A DNA stretch of 64,000 bases from an uncultured delta proteobacterium (GTDB taxonomy: Bacteria > Desulfobacterota > Binatia > JACPRU01), in the NCBI GenBank assembly GCA_963745025.1, contig CAVUWD010000011.1:224001-288000 (forward strand), in the 5' to 3' direction. Below the pieces are notes generated by a model. The model was given only the letters and a program-made list of their open reading frames with translations. It did no database searches and was not told the origin of the DNA. This document shows, piece after piece, positions 10,304-20,814 of this stretch. The first letter of the stretch is position 1. Each line of letters opens with the position of its first letter. A program made the translations under genes and the position numbers.

Positions 10304-11911
10304 ATGGCGCAGCGCCGGCGGAAATTCTGGGGTTGGGGCTACGAGGGCGACGGCCCGAACGCCGCTCAGCGGAAAGCGATCGCCGAGGGTTTCGCCGCTC
10401 GCTTCGGCACCGGGCCGCTCGCGATCGTCGAGCCGCCCCGCCTCGAGGAGATCGATCTGCGAAGGCCGCGGCTGTCGCCGCCCGCGACGCTGGCGCCGTT
10501 TTGCTCGCAGGCATCCGAAGATCGTGCCGCGCATACCTACGGCAAAGGCTTTCGCGACGTGGTCCGCGCCTTTCGCCGCGATTATTCGAATCCGCCCGAC
10601 GCCGTCGCCTTTCCGCGGAGCGAGCCGGAGGTCGCGGCGCTCCTCGATTGGTGCTCGTCCGCGCGAGCCACGGCGATCCCGTACGGCGGCGGGTCGAGCG
10701 TGGTGGGCGGCGTCGAGCTGCCGCGCGACGATGCATACGCGGGCGCCGTATCGATCGACCTCTCGCGTCTGGATCGCGTGCTCGAGATCGATCGCGTCTC
10801 GCGCGCCGCGCGCATCCAGGCGGGTGTGCTCGGGCCTGCGCTCGAGGATCAGCTTCGCCCGCACGGGTTGACGCTCCGTCACTTCCCGCAGTCCTTCGAG
10901 TTCTCTTCGCTCGGCGGCTGGATCGCGACGCGTTCGGGCGGGCACTTCGCGACGCTCTATACGCACATCGACGACTTCGTGGAGTCGTTGCGTGCGGTGA
11001 CTCCGACGGGTGTCGTCGAGTCTCGCCGGCTTCCCGGCTCCGGCGCCGGGCCGAGTCCCGACCGGATGTTCATCGGCTCCGAGGGCATTCTCGGCGTCAT
11101 CACCGAGGCGTGGATGCGGCTCCAGGATCGGCCGAAGTTCCGAGCCGCGACCGCGGTCAAGTTCCGCGACTTTCTGGCCGGCGCGCGCGCCGTCCGGGCG
11201 ATCGCTCAGGCCGGGATCTATCCCTCCAACTGTCGGCTCCTCGATCCCGGCGAAGCGGAGAACGCAGGCGCGGGCTCGGGTATGGAAGCCGTGCTGCTGC
11301 TCGCGTTCGAATCGGCCGATCATTCTCTGGACGCGTGGATGAGCCGCGCCCTCGAGTGCGCGGCAGACCATGGCGGCAACTTTCCCGAGGGCGCGGGTCA
11401 GACGAAGACTGCAGGTGACGCCGCGCGCGACGGCGCAGCGGGCGCGTGGCGGCAGTCGTTCCTCGGCGCTCCGTACCTCCGCGATGCCCTCGTCGGCATG
11501 GGTATCCTCACCGAGACTTTCGAGACTGCGATCACTTGGGACCGCTTCGAGCGATTCCACGCCGAGATCATGTCCACCGCGGAAGACGCGGTGAAGCGAG
11601 TGTGCGGCGCGGGGCGGGTCACCGCGCGATTCACCCACGCCTATCCCGACGGCCCGGCGCCCTACTACACGATACTCGCCCCGAGCCGGCTCTCGAACCA
11701 GATCGAGCAGTGGGCAGAGATCAAACAGGCCGCATCCGACTGCCTAATGCGTCTCGGCGGCACGATCACGCATCATCACTCGGTCGGCCGCGATCATCGT
11801 CCCTGGTACGACGTCCAGCGCCCGGAGGGGTTCGCCCGCGCACTGCGCGCGGCAAAGCGAGCACTCGATCCACAGGCGATTCTCAATCCCGGCGTGCTGA
11901 TCGACCCTTGA
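10304..11911 (+). CDS. FAD-binding oxidoreductase (alkyl-DHAP synthase-like)
   Basis: PYGGGSSVVGG, HFPQSFEFSSLGGWIATRSGG, GSEGILG, THHHSVG, LNPGVL. Confidence 0.9.
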   Translation: MAQRRRKFWGWGYEGDGPNAAQRKAIAEGFAARFGTGPLAIVEPPRLEEIDLRRPRLSPPATLAPFCSQASEDRAAHTYGKGFRDVVRAFRRDYSNPPDAVAFPRSEPEVAALLDWCSSARATAIPYGGGSSVVGGVELPRDDAYAGAVSIDLSRLDRVLEIDRVSRAARIQAGVLGPALEDQLRPHGLTLRHFPQSFEFSSLGGWIATRSGGHFATLYTHIDDFVESLRAVTPTGVVESRRLPGSGAGPSPDRMFIGSEGILGVITEAWMRLQDRPKFRAATAVKFRDFLAGARAVRAIAQAGIYPSNCRLLDPGEAENAGAGSGMEAVLLLAFESADHSLDAWMSRALECAADHGGNFPEGAGQTKTAGDAARDGAAGAWRQSFLGAPYLRDALVGMGILTETFETAITWDRFERFHAEIMSTAEDAVKRVCGAGRVTARFTHAYPDGPAPYYTILAPSRLSNQIEQWAEIKQAASDCLMRLGGTITHHHSVGRDHRPWYDVQRPEGFARALRAAKRALDPQAILNPGVLIDP

Positions 11912-11968
11912 CAGGCCCCTCGCCATAGGAGTCGATTATCCGCCCCAACCCAGCCAGGAGGTAGAGCG

Positions 11969-12169
11969 ATGGCCGTAGCACGTGTATCGAGAGTGATTTC
12001 TTCATCGACGAAGGGTTTTCAGGACGCGGTGGACACTGCGGTCAAGCGCGCGACCAAGACGCTTCGCGGTGTCACCGGCGGCGAGATCACCTCTTCGAAG
12101 GTGAAGATCGAGAACGGCAAGATCACCGAGTACCGCGTGGAGATGGACCTCATCTTCATCCTCGAGTGA
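11969..12169 (+). CDS. Dodecin family protein
   Basis: 66 aa with SSTKGFQDAV...AVKRATKTLRG...KITEYRV; RBS AGGAGG. Confidence 0.88.
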   Translation: MAVARVSRVISSSTKGFQDAVDTAVKRATKTLRGVTGGEITSSKVKIENGKITEYRVEMDLIFILE

Positions 12170-12289
12170 GGCGCGCCCGTATCGCCCGCCGCCGCGAACG
12201 CCTCTAATCGAGCGTTCGCGGCGGCTTTCTCGGAGTGCGGCCCATCGATCGCCTGGGCGACGAGAGGCATGTCGAACCTAGGCCGGCCG

Positions 12290-12630
12290 GGCCATCGTCG
12301 CGACTGGCGCCGAACGGCGGGCTCGGCTTCGAGGCTTCGCGTGCCTTTGCCGCCGGCGGCCGTGTGATTTTGGCCTGCCGCCGCGCAGCCAAGGCAGAGA
12401 GTCGCGGCAGAGAATTCTGACCGAGCAGCATGGTGCGAGCGTCGAGGTCATGACGCTCGGTCTCGCGAGCCTCGCCTCCGTTCGGCGGTTCGCGGGAGAA
12501 GCTGGCGACACGGACGAACGAGCTTCATGTCCTCTGCAACAACGCGAGCGTAATGGCGCTTCCGCGCCGCAAGACGGCGAAACGCTTCGAGATGGATCAC
12601 CTGGGCCACTTCGCACTCACCGGGCTCGAG
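12290..12630 (+). pseudogene. Degraded SDR (retinol dehydrogenase-like) remnant
   Basis: Pieces in different frames: NGGLGFEA...VILACR, LASLASVRRFA, LCNNA, HLGHFAL. Confidence 0.7.
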
Positions 12631-12754
12631 CCCGTCGTGCGCGCCCGCGATCCCGAGCTGGCCGACCAGCGCTCGGCACCTGAGCGCTGCGCGCGCGGTC
12701 GGCGATCACGATTGCGGTCCGCTGCGAATGTGGCTAAAGGCGTTCACGGCGCAT

Positions 12755-12828
12755 GGTCGCATAGCTCAGCTGGTTAGAGCGCCTGCCTCACATGCAGGAG
12801 GTCCCTGGTTCGAGTCCAGGTGCGACCA
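12755..12828 (+). tRNA. tRNA-Val (anticodon CAC), CCA not encoded
   Basis: Cloverleaf: GGTCGCA/TGCGACC acceptor, GCTC/GAGC D stem, CCTGC-CTCACAT-GCAGG anticodon arm, CCTGG-TTCGAGT-CCAGG T arm. Confidence 0.97.
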
Positions 12829-13056
12829 TCAAAAAAATGGCCTTCAATAGAGCCTTTATGCGTGTTCGCCACGGCCGTCACTTTGGATCAAGAGATGATG
12901 GGGCTACGCCGGGGCTACAGACCCGGAAACAGTCCAGGTCGCGCGGCCGCTCGCAAGGGGGAAGCGACCTTCACCTTCTGCTTCTAAGGCGAAGCTCGAC
13001 CACGAACCGGATCGGGGCCCTTGCCCCTCATCCCCAGCTTGCGCGGGCCGTAGTCG

Positions 13057-13078
13057 TCGAGCCGGGTGCGACCGTCAA
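13057..13078 (+). repeat. Degenerate copy of tRNA-Val 3' end (att-like)
   Basis: TCGAGCCGGGTGCGACCGTCAA vs TCGAGTCCAGGTGCGACCATCAA at 12810-12832. Confidence 0.65.
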
Positions 13079-13120
13079 CCATACGAACGTCGCCGTGACG
13101 GACGATCTCTGAGCGAGCCG

Positions 13121-14110
13121 TCAGAGGGCGCCGCGGGCCTCCAGGTCGTCCATGAAGCGCACGACAAGCTGCGCGATCTCGACGGGCTTCTCCTCCACGG
13201 CGAAGTGGCCAGCATCGATCAGGTGGAGCTCGGCATGCGGGAGGTCCCGGAGGTATGCGCGCGCCCCCGCCGGAACGAAGACCGGGTCGTGCTCGCCCCA
13301 CACGATGAGCGTCGGCGGCTGGCGGGCGCGGAGGAATTCCTGCCAGCGCGGATAGGCGTCGAGGTTCGTCTGGTAGTCCTGGAAGAGCTCGACCTGGATC
13401 AGGCGATCCTCGGGCGTCGCCAGGCGTGCGATGTCGTGCGCCCACGCGTCGGGGCTCATGCGCGCCCGTTTCTCGCCGGGGACGTCGCGGAGGTATTGCC
13501 GGTCGCGAATGGCGTCGTCGCTCACCACCTTGGCCACGGCCGCCACACCGGCCTCCGACCGGTCATCGTGCGCGCGCCGGAAAAACGCCCGCCGATCGTC
13601 GGCGACGCCTTCGAGATACGCGTTCGCGTTCTGCACGACGAGCCCGCGAACCCGCTCCGGGTGTGCGAGCGCGACCCGGAATCCAACGGGCGCGCCGAAG
13701 TCCTGCATGTAGAGCACGTAGCGATCAACGTGAAGCACGTCGGCGAGGCCGGTGACGTACTCGGCGAGGAGATCGAACGTGAACGTGATCTCGCGCGGAT
13801 TCGGGTGCTCGCTGAAGCCGGACCCGAGATTGTCGGGCGCCACGACATGGTAGCGGCCTGACAGGAGCGGGATCAGCTCGCGATAAGCGTGCGAGGATGA
13901 CGGGTAGCCATGGAGCAGGAGCAGCGTCGGCCGGTCGGGTGCGCCCGCTTCGCGGTAGAAGATGCGCCGCCCCCGCACGTCAGCGGTACGGTAGTACGTC
14001 TTCGCCGGCCAGACCGCAGGCGGAACCGGCGACGGGGCCTCCACGTGGCAGGCAGCGACGGCGAGCACGACCAGCACGAGCGGCAGGAGCGAAGACGTGC
14101 GCATCGTCAT
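13121..14110 (-). CDS. Alpha/beta hydrolase with lipoprotein-like signal
   Basis: LLHGYPSSS, nucleophile elbow MQDFG, GHFAVEE; VAAC lipobox. Confidence 0.9.
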   Translation of the reverse strand: MTMRTSSLLPLVLVVLAVAACHVEAPSPVPPAVWPAKTYYRTADVRGRRIFYREAGAPDRPTLLLLHGYPSSSHAYRELIPLLSGRYHVVAPDNLGSGFSEHPNPREITFTFDLLAEYVTGLADVLHVDRYVLYMQDFGAPVGFRVALAHPERVRGLVVQNANAYLEGVADDRRAFFRRAHDDRSEAGVAAVAKVVSDDAIRDRQYLRDVPGEKRARMSPDAWAHDIARLATPEDRLIQVELFQDYQTNLDAYPRWQEFLRARQPPTLIVWGEHDPVFVPAGARAYLRDLPHAELHLIDAGHFAVEEKPVEIAQLVVRFMDDLEARGAL

Positions 14111-14383
14111 GAGGCCTTCTTCCGAGCCCCTTTTGGGTATCGTGCGCGGCATCGTCAAGGTCGCGCGGCGGGCCATTGTCGAGTGGGCCCAGGCCTGCCG
14201 GCGATACCTGCTCCGCAGGGCCCGGACGAAGACGTGCAGCACCATAGTGGGGTGTGAGCGGTAGACTCGGGCGCGCGAAGAACTGCTAGAGTTTCCTGGT
14301 TTCCGCTGTGGCCGCCGCGCACTCAATCGCGAACACGCCAGGCCGTCGGCGGCGCGTTGTCGTGTGACGTCGTATAGTGCCGC

Positions 14384-15211
14384 ATGATCGTTCATCTCGT
14401 CGACGGCACGTACGAGCTGTTCCGCCACTTCTACGGCCTTCGCCGTTTCCACAAGGGAGAGGACCCACCCTTCGGCGCTCTGATCGGCGTGCTGCACACG
14501 GTGTTGCAGATGATCGAGAAGGGGGCGACTCACCTCGGTGTAGCGACCGATCACGTCATCGAGTCCTTCCGCAATCGTCTTTGGGCTGGCTACAAGACGG
14601 GGGAAGGCATCGAGCCCGCGCTCCTCGCGCAATTCCACCCGCTCGAAGAAGCTCTCGCCGCGATGGGAGTCGCTGTGTGGCCCATGATCGAGCTCGAGGC
14701 CGACGACGCGCTTGCCTCGGCCGCCCAGATCGCCTCCGCAAATGAGGGCGTGGAGAAAGTCTGCATCTGGACGCCCGACAAGGACCTGGCGCAGTGCGTC
14801 CGCGGCGACCGAGTGGTGCAGGTAGACCGCAGAGGGCAGAAGATCCGTAACGCGGAAGGAGTTCGCGAGAAGTTCGGCGTGGACCCTCCCTTGATTCCCG
14901 ACTTCCTTGCCCTCGTCGGCGACAGTGCAGACGGGTATCCAGGAATTCCGGGATTGGGTCCGATCACGGCGGCACGGCTCCTGAATCGACACGGCATCAT
15001 AGAGGCCTTCCCGCCTGCCGTACTCGGCGACAGCCGAGACTTGGCGCTGCTCTTCAAGGATCTAGCCACGCTCCGGACCGACGCGCGTCTCTTCGGCGAT
15101 GTGGACGAGCTTCGATGGCGCGGCCCCACCACCGCGTTCACCGCGTTTGCGGAGCAGCTCGGAGACGTTCGTCTGCTAGAGCGCTGTCTCAGGGCACAAG
15201 TATCCACCTAG
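14384..15211 (+). CDS. 5'-3' exonuclease / flap endonuclease
   Basis: LVDGTYELFR, EADD, DKD and LVGDSADGYPGIPGLG (H3TH). Confidence 0.93.
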   Translation: MIVHLVDGTYELFRHFYGLRRFHKGEDPPFGALIGVLHTVLQMIEKGATHLGVATDHVIESFRNRLWAGYKTGEGIEPALLAQFHPLEEALAAMGVAVWPMIELEADDALASAAQIASANEGVEKVCIWTPDKDLAQCVRGDRVVQVDRRGQKIRNAEGVREKFGVDPPLIPDFLALVGDSADGYPGIPGLGPITAARLLNRHGIIEAFPPAVLGDSRDLALLFKDLATLRTDARLFGDVDELRWRGPTTAFTAFAEQLGDVRLLERCLRAQVST

Positions 15212-15500
15212 CGAACCCAAGACTTCGAACCGCACCTTGGACATCGAGAGCTCTCCTGCGTTGTAGAGCAGCACATCGACTTCGCCAATCGCGCTTCTGG
15301 TACGTGCGAACGCCGAACGAATCTCCTCGGCTTTGCTGACGTCGACCGGGATGGCGATCGCTCGACCGCCGGCCGCCGTGAGTTCTCCAGCGAGTTGCTG
15401 GAGCGACGACGCGGAGCTTGTAGAGCCAGGGGCGTGAGGCTGCTTCGGCCTCGAGGCGGCTGACGAGTTGGCGGAGCTCCTTCGGGGACATCGCGGCCAT
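15208..15500 (-). pseudogene. Chimeric remnant: N-terminus of one gene joined to an SDR fragment
   Basis: MSPKELRQLVSRLE... joined out of frame to GGRAIAIPVDVS...VDVLLYNAG. Confidence 0.6.
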
Positions 15501-15581
15501 GGTGGAGCACAGCCGTGTACGTCCGCAACATCGATCGGCCGCACGGGACCTTGCCCGCTCGCTACTCTACCGCGTGGGACC

Positions 15582-16049
15582 CTAAAGACGGATCGTAGAC
15601 GGGCCAGATAACTCAAGCTTCCGCAACTCTTCGCGACACGCCTCGCTGAACTCCCGTAAAGGATCCATCGCCTGTTTATTCTTAAGCGTCGCGGCTAAGT
15701 CGCGAAGCGTGATGTTCGGCCCGAGATACGTATCGATAATCACTTGCATGATCCTGTCCGCGCTTTCGATGACCGGCGGCGATGACCGAACGCGCATCCG
15801 GCTCACGAGAGCGTACAGCCTCACGAGCCTCGATGTATCTGCCTGATCATGCTCGAGGGCGTCCGCGTAAAGTGTTGAGGTTTCTTCGATGAAGTCCTTG
15901 TACAGGTCTTCGCGCGTGGCGACGTCGTGTGCAATTTGTTGCGCTCTGACTTGTGTGCGCTGGGTCAGCCACGATGCCGTCAAAGACGTAAGCCCACCGA
16001 TCGCTGATCCTGCCAGCGCGGCGAATGCGGAAGCGTATGCCGGGTCCAT
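15582..16049 (-). CDS. Hypothetical protein with N-terminal membrane anchor
   Basis: RBS GGAGGAG; FAALAGSAIGGLTSL anchor; intact 155-aa ORF. Confidence 0.75.
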   Translation of the reverse strand: MDPAYASAFAALAGSAIGGLTSLTASWLTQRTQVRAQQIAHDVATREDLYKDFIEETSTLYADALEHDQADTSRLVRLYALVSRMRVRSSPPVIESADRIMQVIIDTYLGPNITLRDLAATLKNKQAMDPLREFSEACREELRKLELSGPSTIRL

Positions 16050-16150
16050 ACTATGTCTCCTCCCCCTTCACTGCGAACGCGACACTGAGCGGCGCTGCTG
16101 GAAGGAGTCTCGCGAGCGCTCGAAGATGTCCGTCAGCTGCTTCGCCATGG

Positions 16151-16204
16151 GGCTAGTAACTATAAGCGGCCGAGTTGTATCATAAGACGGGCGATCTCGG
16201 ACGC
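16151..16204 (-). repeat. dif-like + oriIS-like element, copy 1
   Basis: Minus strand GCGTCCGAGAT-CGCCCGTC-TTATGATACAACT-CGGCCGCTTATAGTTACTAGCC. Confidence 0.65.
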
Positions 16205-16388
16205 TACGGATTCCTCCTTACCGCCCGCTTTTACGGGTGCGGATAAGGCGCCCGTCAAGCTGGACGACGCCCGGACGAGCCAGGCGTGGGCGATCAAGCG
16301 GACGTCGGCGGCCCAACGCCCCGTCGAGGCCGGGCCTTGGCGATCGCCCAGCTGCTCGCGTACGAGTCGCTCGGCCTCTGTCCGCGCT

Positions 16389-16665
16389 GGCAAGGGGCGA
16401 GGTACTATGGCATCGGAGTGCGGTGGCGCGGCTCCTCGACGTGACGCTGCACGACCGCCCGGCTCTCCTCACGATCTGCCGCGTCGGCCCGATGCCCCAG
16501 TTCACAGGCGTCACCTTCGCGCTGCCGCATGTGGTGAGCGGCCGCGGCGCCGGCGCGACGGTTGCGCCGCGGCTGAACAACGTCGAACAGAAGTCCCTGC
16601 AGGAGAGCGCGTCTGTCGTGCGCGAGGCGATCGACTCGCTGCAACAGGTGCCCGGCTTCGCGTGA
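16389..16665 (+). pseudogene. L-lactate/malate dehydrogenase C-terminal fragment
   Basis: GKG..YYG/IGSAVARLLDVTLHD...GVTFALPHVV...QESASVVREAI. Confidence 0.7.
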
Positions 16666-16667
16666 CA

Positions 16668-17985
16668 ATGCAACGGCTTCCCACCGAGGAAGACCTGAGC
16701 CGCCCCCCGACGGAGGAGGAGGTGGACCGGCTCCAGGTGACCACACTGCAGTACTATCTGCACGAGACCAACCCGGCCACCGGTCTGATCCGCGACAAGA
16801 CCGACCCCAGCGCCCCCGCCAGCATCGCTGCAGTGGGCCTTGGCTTGGCGAACATCCCGGTCCTCGTCGACCGGGGCGTGATCGCGCGCGAGTTCGCTCC
16901 CGAGGTCGCGCTTCGCGGACTACGCTTCTTCCGCGACAGCCCGCAGGGCCCCGAGCCCGATGCCACGGGCTACCGGGGCTTCTACTACCACTTCCTCGAC
17001 ATGAAGACCGGCCGCCGGGTGTGGAACTGCGAGCTGTCGACGATCGACTCGACCTTCCTGTTCGCCGGGATGCTCACCTGCGCGGCATACTTCGACGCAG
17101 ACACCGCAGAGGAGGCCGAGGTCCGGCGGGTGGCCGACGATCTCTACCGCCGGGCGGACTGGCAGTGGGCGCTAGCCGGCGGTGCGGCCGTCTCCCACGG
17201 CTGGCGGCCCGAAACGGGGTTCATCCTCCACACCTGGACCGGGTACGACGAGGCGCTGCTGATCTACCTGCTCGGCCTCGGCTCACCAACCTTTCCCTTG
17301 CCGCCCGAGAGCTACGCGGCCTACTGCTCGACGTACCAGTGGAAGACGATCTACGACGCGCGAGGTCCTCTACTCGGGGCCGCTGTTCACACACCAGCTC
17401 TCGCACCTCTGGATCGATTTTCGCGGCATCCAGGACGCGTTCATGCGCAGCCACGGCAGCGACTACTTCGAGAACACTCGCCAGGCGACCTACATCCAGC
17501 AGGAATACGCGCGGCGGAACCCGCTCGAGTTCGCCGGCTACGGTGAATACTGCTGGGGCATCACCGCGAGCGACGGCCCCGGCTTCGAGCAGCGGCGCAT
17601 GAACGGCATCGAGCGGAAGTTCTACGGCTACCAGGCCCGCGGCGCGCCTTACGGTCCCGACGACGGGACGGTGTCGCCGTGGGTGGTGGCCGCCTCGCTC
17701 CCCTTCGCCCCGGAGATCGTGATCCCCACGCTGCGCGCCATGGTCGGCATCGACTTCGGGACAACCATTCGGTACGGCTTCTGGCCGTCGTTCAACCCGA
17801 CCTACGCGGTGCCGGACAGCCCGACGGGCTGGTGGATCACCCCCTACCACTTCGGGATCGACCAGGGCCCGGTTAGTCTCATGGTCGAGAACTACCGCAC
17901 CGGTCTCATCTGGAACATCATGCGCCGCTGCCCCTACGTCGTGGCAGGACTGCGGCGGGCGGGCTTCCAGGGCGGTTGGCTCTGA
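16668..17985 (+). CDS. Glucoamylase-like / GH144-like glycoside hydrolase, frameshift near 17360
   Basis: ASIAAVGLGL, GFYYHFLDM, ELSTID, WTGYDEA, PLFTHQLSHLWIDFR, WGITASDGP, GIDQGP across two frames. Confidence 0.85.
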
Positions 17986-18198
17986 AGACGCCCGTTCGCT
18001 ACCACGGCCTCCACTGCGGAAAGGCGATCGTCATACCGTCGGATCGTGGTCTGACGAGCCATCGGGGCGTCGTATCGATAGGCAGCTGAGCGGCACCACG
18101 ATCGAGGAGCCGTTGCGGGGACGGCATCAAGGCAGGCTCTGCAGAAGCTTCTCGTCGATCGGGTGCGAGGGGATAGTCCCTTCGGGCCTCTTCTCGCA

Positions 18199-18258
18199 AG
18201 GGAAACCCGGGGAGGCCAGAAGACGGCGACGATCGGGCTCGGAGCTGCACGGTTAAAC
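18199..18258. repeat. Dispersed non-coding repeat, copy 1 (partner at 29814-29886)
   Basis: AGGGAAACCCGGGGAGRCCAGARGACGGCGA...ACGATCGGRCTCGGAG..TGCRCGGTTAAAC shared by both copies. Confidence 0.8.
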
Positions 18259-18328
18259 CGTTCCGTGAATCTCGGGCTTGCAACGAGCGTCATCAGATGC
18301 GGGAACGCTCGCGCACTTCGCGCAACGG

Positions 18329-18706
18329 CTACTGGTAGGCGTAGAAGTCAATCGCCACGTGTTGTGGGTCGTTCGGATCTACTCGAACGGGAATCACTCT
18401 TTCGGGCTGAAACTGCGGAACATCGAGCCGAGAGATCAGCGCCTTTTTGATCGTTGCGATGTACGGCGCGCGGCCTTCCGTCGTCACTTCGACTCGCAGC
18501 CCGATTACGGGATCGTTGTTGACGGTCATGCCGGTATCCCAGATCTTCAAAATGGTCGCGCGCGCGGGGAGTCCGGTTTGCTGCAACTCCTTCGCATCCG
18601 ACACACCGCTCCAGTTGTCGATCAATCCGCAAGCGACCAAGCTCACCGCCAGCAGCGCGGCAGCCAGTCCGTCAAGGTGTCGAATCGTCTTTCGGTTTGC
18701 CCTCAA
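18329..18706 (-). CDS. Putative lipoprotein
   Basis: LVAC lipobox; ATILKIWDTGMTVNNDP...VRVDPNDP beta-rich domain. Confidence 0.75.
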   Translation of the reverse strand: MRANRKTIRHLDGLAAALLAVSLVACGLIDNWSGVSDAKELQQTGLPARATILKIWDTGMTVNNDPVIGLRVEVTTEGRAPYIATIKKALISRLDVPQFQPERVIPVRVDPNDPQHVAIDFYAYQ

Positions 18707-18892
18707 CGGTCGATACAGTCAAAGACGTAGATCGCTCGTTACTCAGATGTGCGTAGCAGAGCGTTCAATCGAAGTGCCATCGTGGGTCCGTTCGTCCCCT
18801 CATTTTGAGCCGACCCTTATCGTGGCCGAAGAGGATCGTCCTTTCACCGCCAAGCTGATCGATTACCGCGGCGACGTCCGATGCCAGATCGG

Positions 18893-20059
18893 CTATTCGG
18901 CCACGAATGCGAAGCGCGGATCGGCCGCACGCACGTAGGCCTCCTCGAGCCCCAGTTCCCGTCGCACGATATTGGCGCCGAGAACCAGGGACACGCACTT
19001 GTAAAAGGCGATTCGGCGCGACAGACCCTCGCGGCCAAAGCCGCAGTCGGCGCTGATGACCAGCCGCTCGGGCGGAATCGAATCGAGCGCCCGGCGGATC
19101 GTGTCCGCGACCATCTCCGGTGACTCCACCGTCGTGCGTGTATGGTCGACGACGCCGATAGCGATCTTCTTGTCGGTCTTGACGTTCTTCAGTAGCGCCG
19201 CGTCGCGCGCTTGGTTGCTGCCGCCTTCGAGCATCAGGACGTCGCAGTTCATCTCGAGGAAATAGGGCAGCGCGCGTGCATAGCTCGGCCGGTCCCAGTA
19301 GAAGCTCTGCTGGTTCGGATTTCCCCAGCAGGTATGCGCCCAGATCTCGGTGTTCACTCCCTCGACCTGGCGGTTGAAGGCGGCGGTGTAAAACTCGAGG
19401 TCGCGGTCGCTGCACGGATGCTGCGCGTTGCAGCTGAAATGATGGATCGGCTCCTCGATCTGGATGACGGGACACCCCGCGGCCGCGAGCTCACGGTATT
19501 CCTCGTTGAGCGCTGCGGCGATGTCCATGATGAGAGCGTGATCGTCCTTGTAGTGCTCGTCCCACAGCATGAGCGGCAGACAGGTCGCACAGATAGAACC
19601 GAACTTGACCGGACGTGTGCTCATCTTCTGGGCGGTCTTCCAGATCGCGGTGAACTGCAACGGCCCACGCGTGATCCGGCCGATCACCGACGGCGGATGG
19701 TAGGCCTCTTGCACCTCGTAGAGGATGTGTCCCGGTTTCAAGTCGCCATAGTCGAGGAAATGCGACGACGCATGGAAACCCGTGATGCCGTTGAGGCGCT
19801 CTATGGTGTAGAAGAACCAGGAGCGGCCGCCAACTTCAAGGTCGAAGCGCGTGTCGCCGTCGGTGAGAATGTCGAGCCCCGCGCGTTCCTGCTCGCTCAC
19901 GTAGCACGCCACCGAATCCAGGTACTGTTCGCGGTACTGCGAGTCGCCCATCGCGACCATGAACGGACGCCCGTGGAGGTTCTGGTTGAACCACGATGGT
20001 TTGGGAAACGAGCCGACCATTGCGGTCGGCAGGATCTTGTCTTTGGTAGCGACCAACAT
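18893..20059 (-). CDS. Cobalamin-independent methionine synthase II family protein
   Basis: VGSFPKP, GLDILTDG, HTCWGN and ADCGFG zinc-ligand motifs. Confidence 0.9.
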   Translation of the reverse strand: MLVATKDKILPTAMVGSFPKPSWFNQNLHGRPFMVAMGDSQYREQYLDSVACYVSEQERAGLDILTDGDTRFDLEVGGRSWFFYTIERLNGITGFHASSHFLDYGDLKPGHILYEVQEAYHPPSVIGRITRGPLQFTAIWKTAQKMSTRPVKFGSICATCLPLMLWDEHYKDDHALIMDIAAALNEEYRELAAAGCPVIQIEEPIHHFSCNAQHPCSDRDLEFYTAAFNRQVEGVNTEIWAHTCWGNPNQQSFYWDRPSYARALPYFLEMNCDVLMLEGGSNQARDAALLKNVKTDKKIAIGVVDHTRTTVESPEMVADTIRRALDSIPPERLVISADCGFGREGLSRRIAFYKCVSLVLGANIVRRELGLEEAYVRAADPRFAFVAE

Positions 20060-20159
20060 TGCGTGTTCTCCTTTGCGTCGCGAATCTCCCGAGGTCGCGC
20101 ACATCCAGGAATCGCTAGTCTTCTTCCAGCCCGTCCCGCATGGCCCGTCGAACCATCCC

Positions 20160-20241
20160 TCCGCTTCTGTTCAGGGGTGCGCCGCACTCACCGCAGAACT
20201 TTTCCGCTCGCGCTTTCGAAACTGCAGGCCGGGCAACGCAT
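20160..20241 (-). pseudogene. Double zinc-ribbon N-terminal remnant
   Basis: MRCPACSFES...(frameshift)FCGECGAPL. Confidence 0.7.
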
Positions 20242-20486
20242 AATTCTTGGCTCGACGGCCGAGGCCGAGAGCTGATGCTCTCGAATAGACCCTTGGCGCG
20301 CTGCGCTTCAAGGGTGGCCGATCAGTAGTAAGGTCACCAGCCGGCTGGCAAGCCAACGAGGTTCACCCTTAGACACTAAGGTGAAGTTTCGCGACTCGAA
20401 TTGGCCATCGTTGCGACTCAGACGAGGGCGTAGACCTCCACCTCGGCGATCCGGCCCTTCACCTTCACGGCCGGCAGCGGGCGCAG

Positions 20487-20565
20487 GAGGACAGCTGGGA
20501 TAAGCGGCCGAGTTGTAAAGCCTCCATATCCGACGCTGCCCAAACACGAGACGCCCCGTTTCTAG
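20487..20565 (-). repeat. dif-like + oriIS-like element, copy 2
   Basis: Near-identical to 22957-23036; minus strand GCGTCGGATAT-GGAGGCT-TTACAACT-CGGCCGCTTATCCCAGCTGTCC. Confidence 0.75.
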
Positions 20566-20757
20566 GCAAAAAACTTTGCCCATTCAGGCAATAACCACGC
20601 GGTGGGGGAACCACGCTGTCCCTCAATCGAACGTCTTGGCAACAGCGGCACCGATTCTGCACCCGTGCGAGCGACCTCTCGGCAAGATCGCGCGTTCCTG
20701 TGAAGTTGCTTTGGAACGTAAACGCCGCGCCACACCGGCGCGTCCGGCGCACCGGCC

Positions 20758-20814
20758 CCTCAACGTTCGGGTCAGCGGCGGGCGAAGCGAGTCCGTTGCA
20801 GCCCGGGGTTAGGC
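20758..20814 (-). other. Integron attC site
   Basis: R'' GCCTAAC overlapping the cassette stop codon, L boxes CTGCAACGG/CCGCTGAC, R' GTTGAGG; 57 bp. Confidence 0.8.

Noticed and set aside
627-11638. Long antisense and alternate-frame ORFs over metabolic genes
   Set aside because: Expected shadow ORFs in high-GC DNA; Arg/Pro-rich with no motifs
20060-20460. Cobalamin or SAM riboswitch upstream of the MetE-like gene
   Set aside because: No recognisable motifs; part of the region is a zinc-ribbon gene remnant
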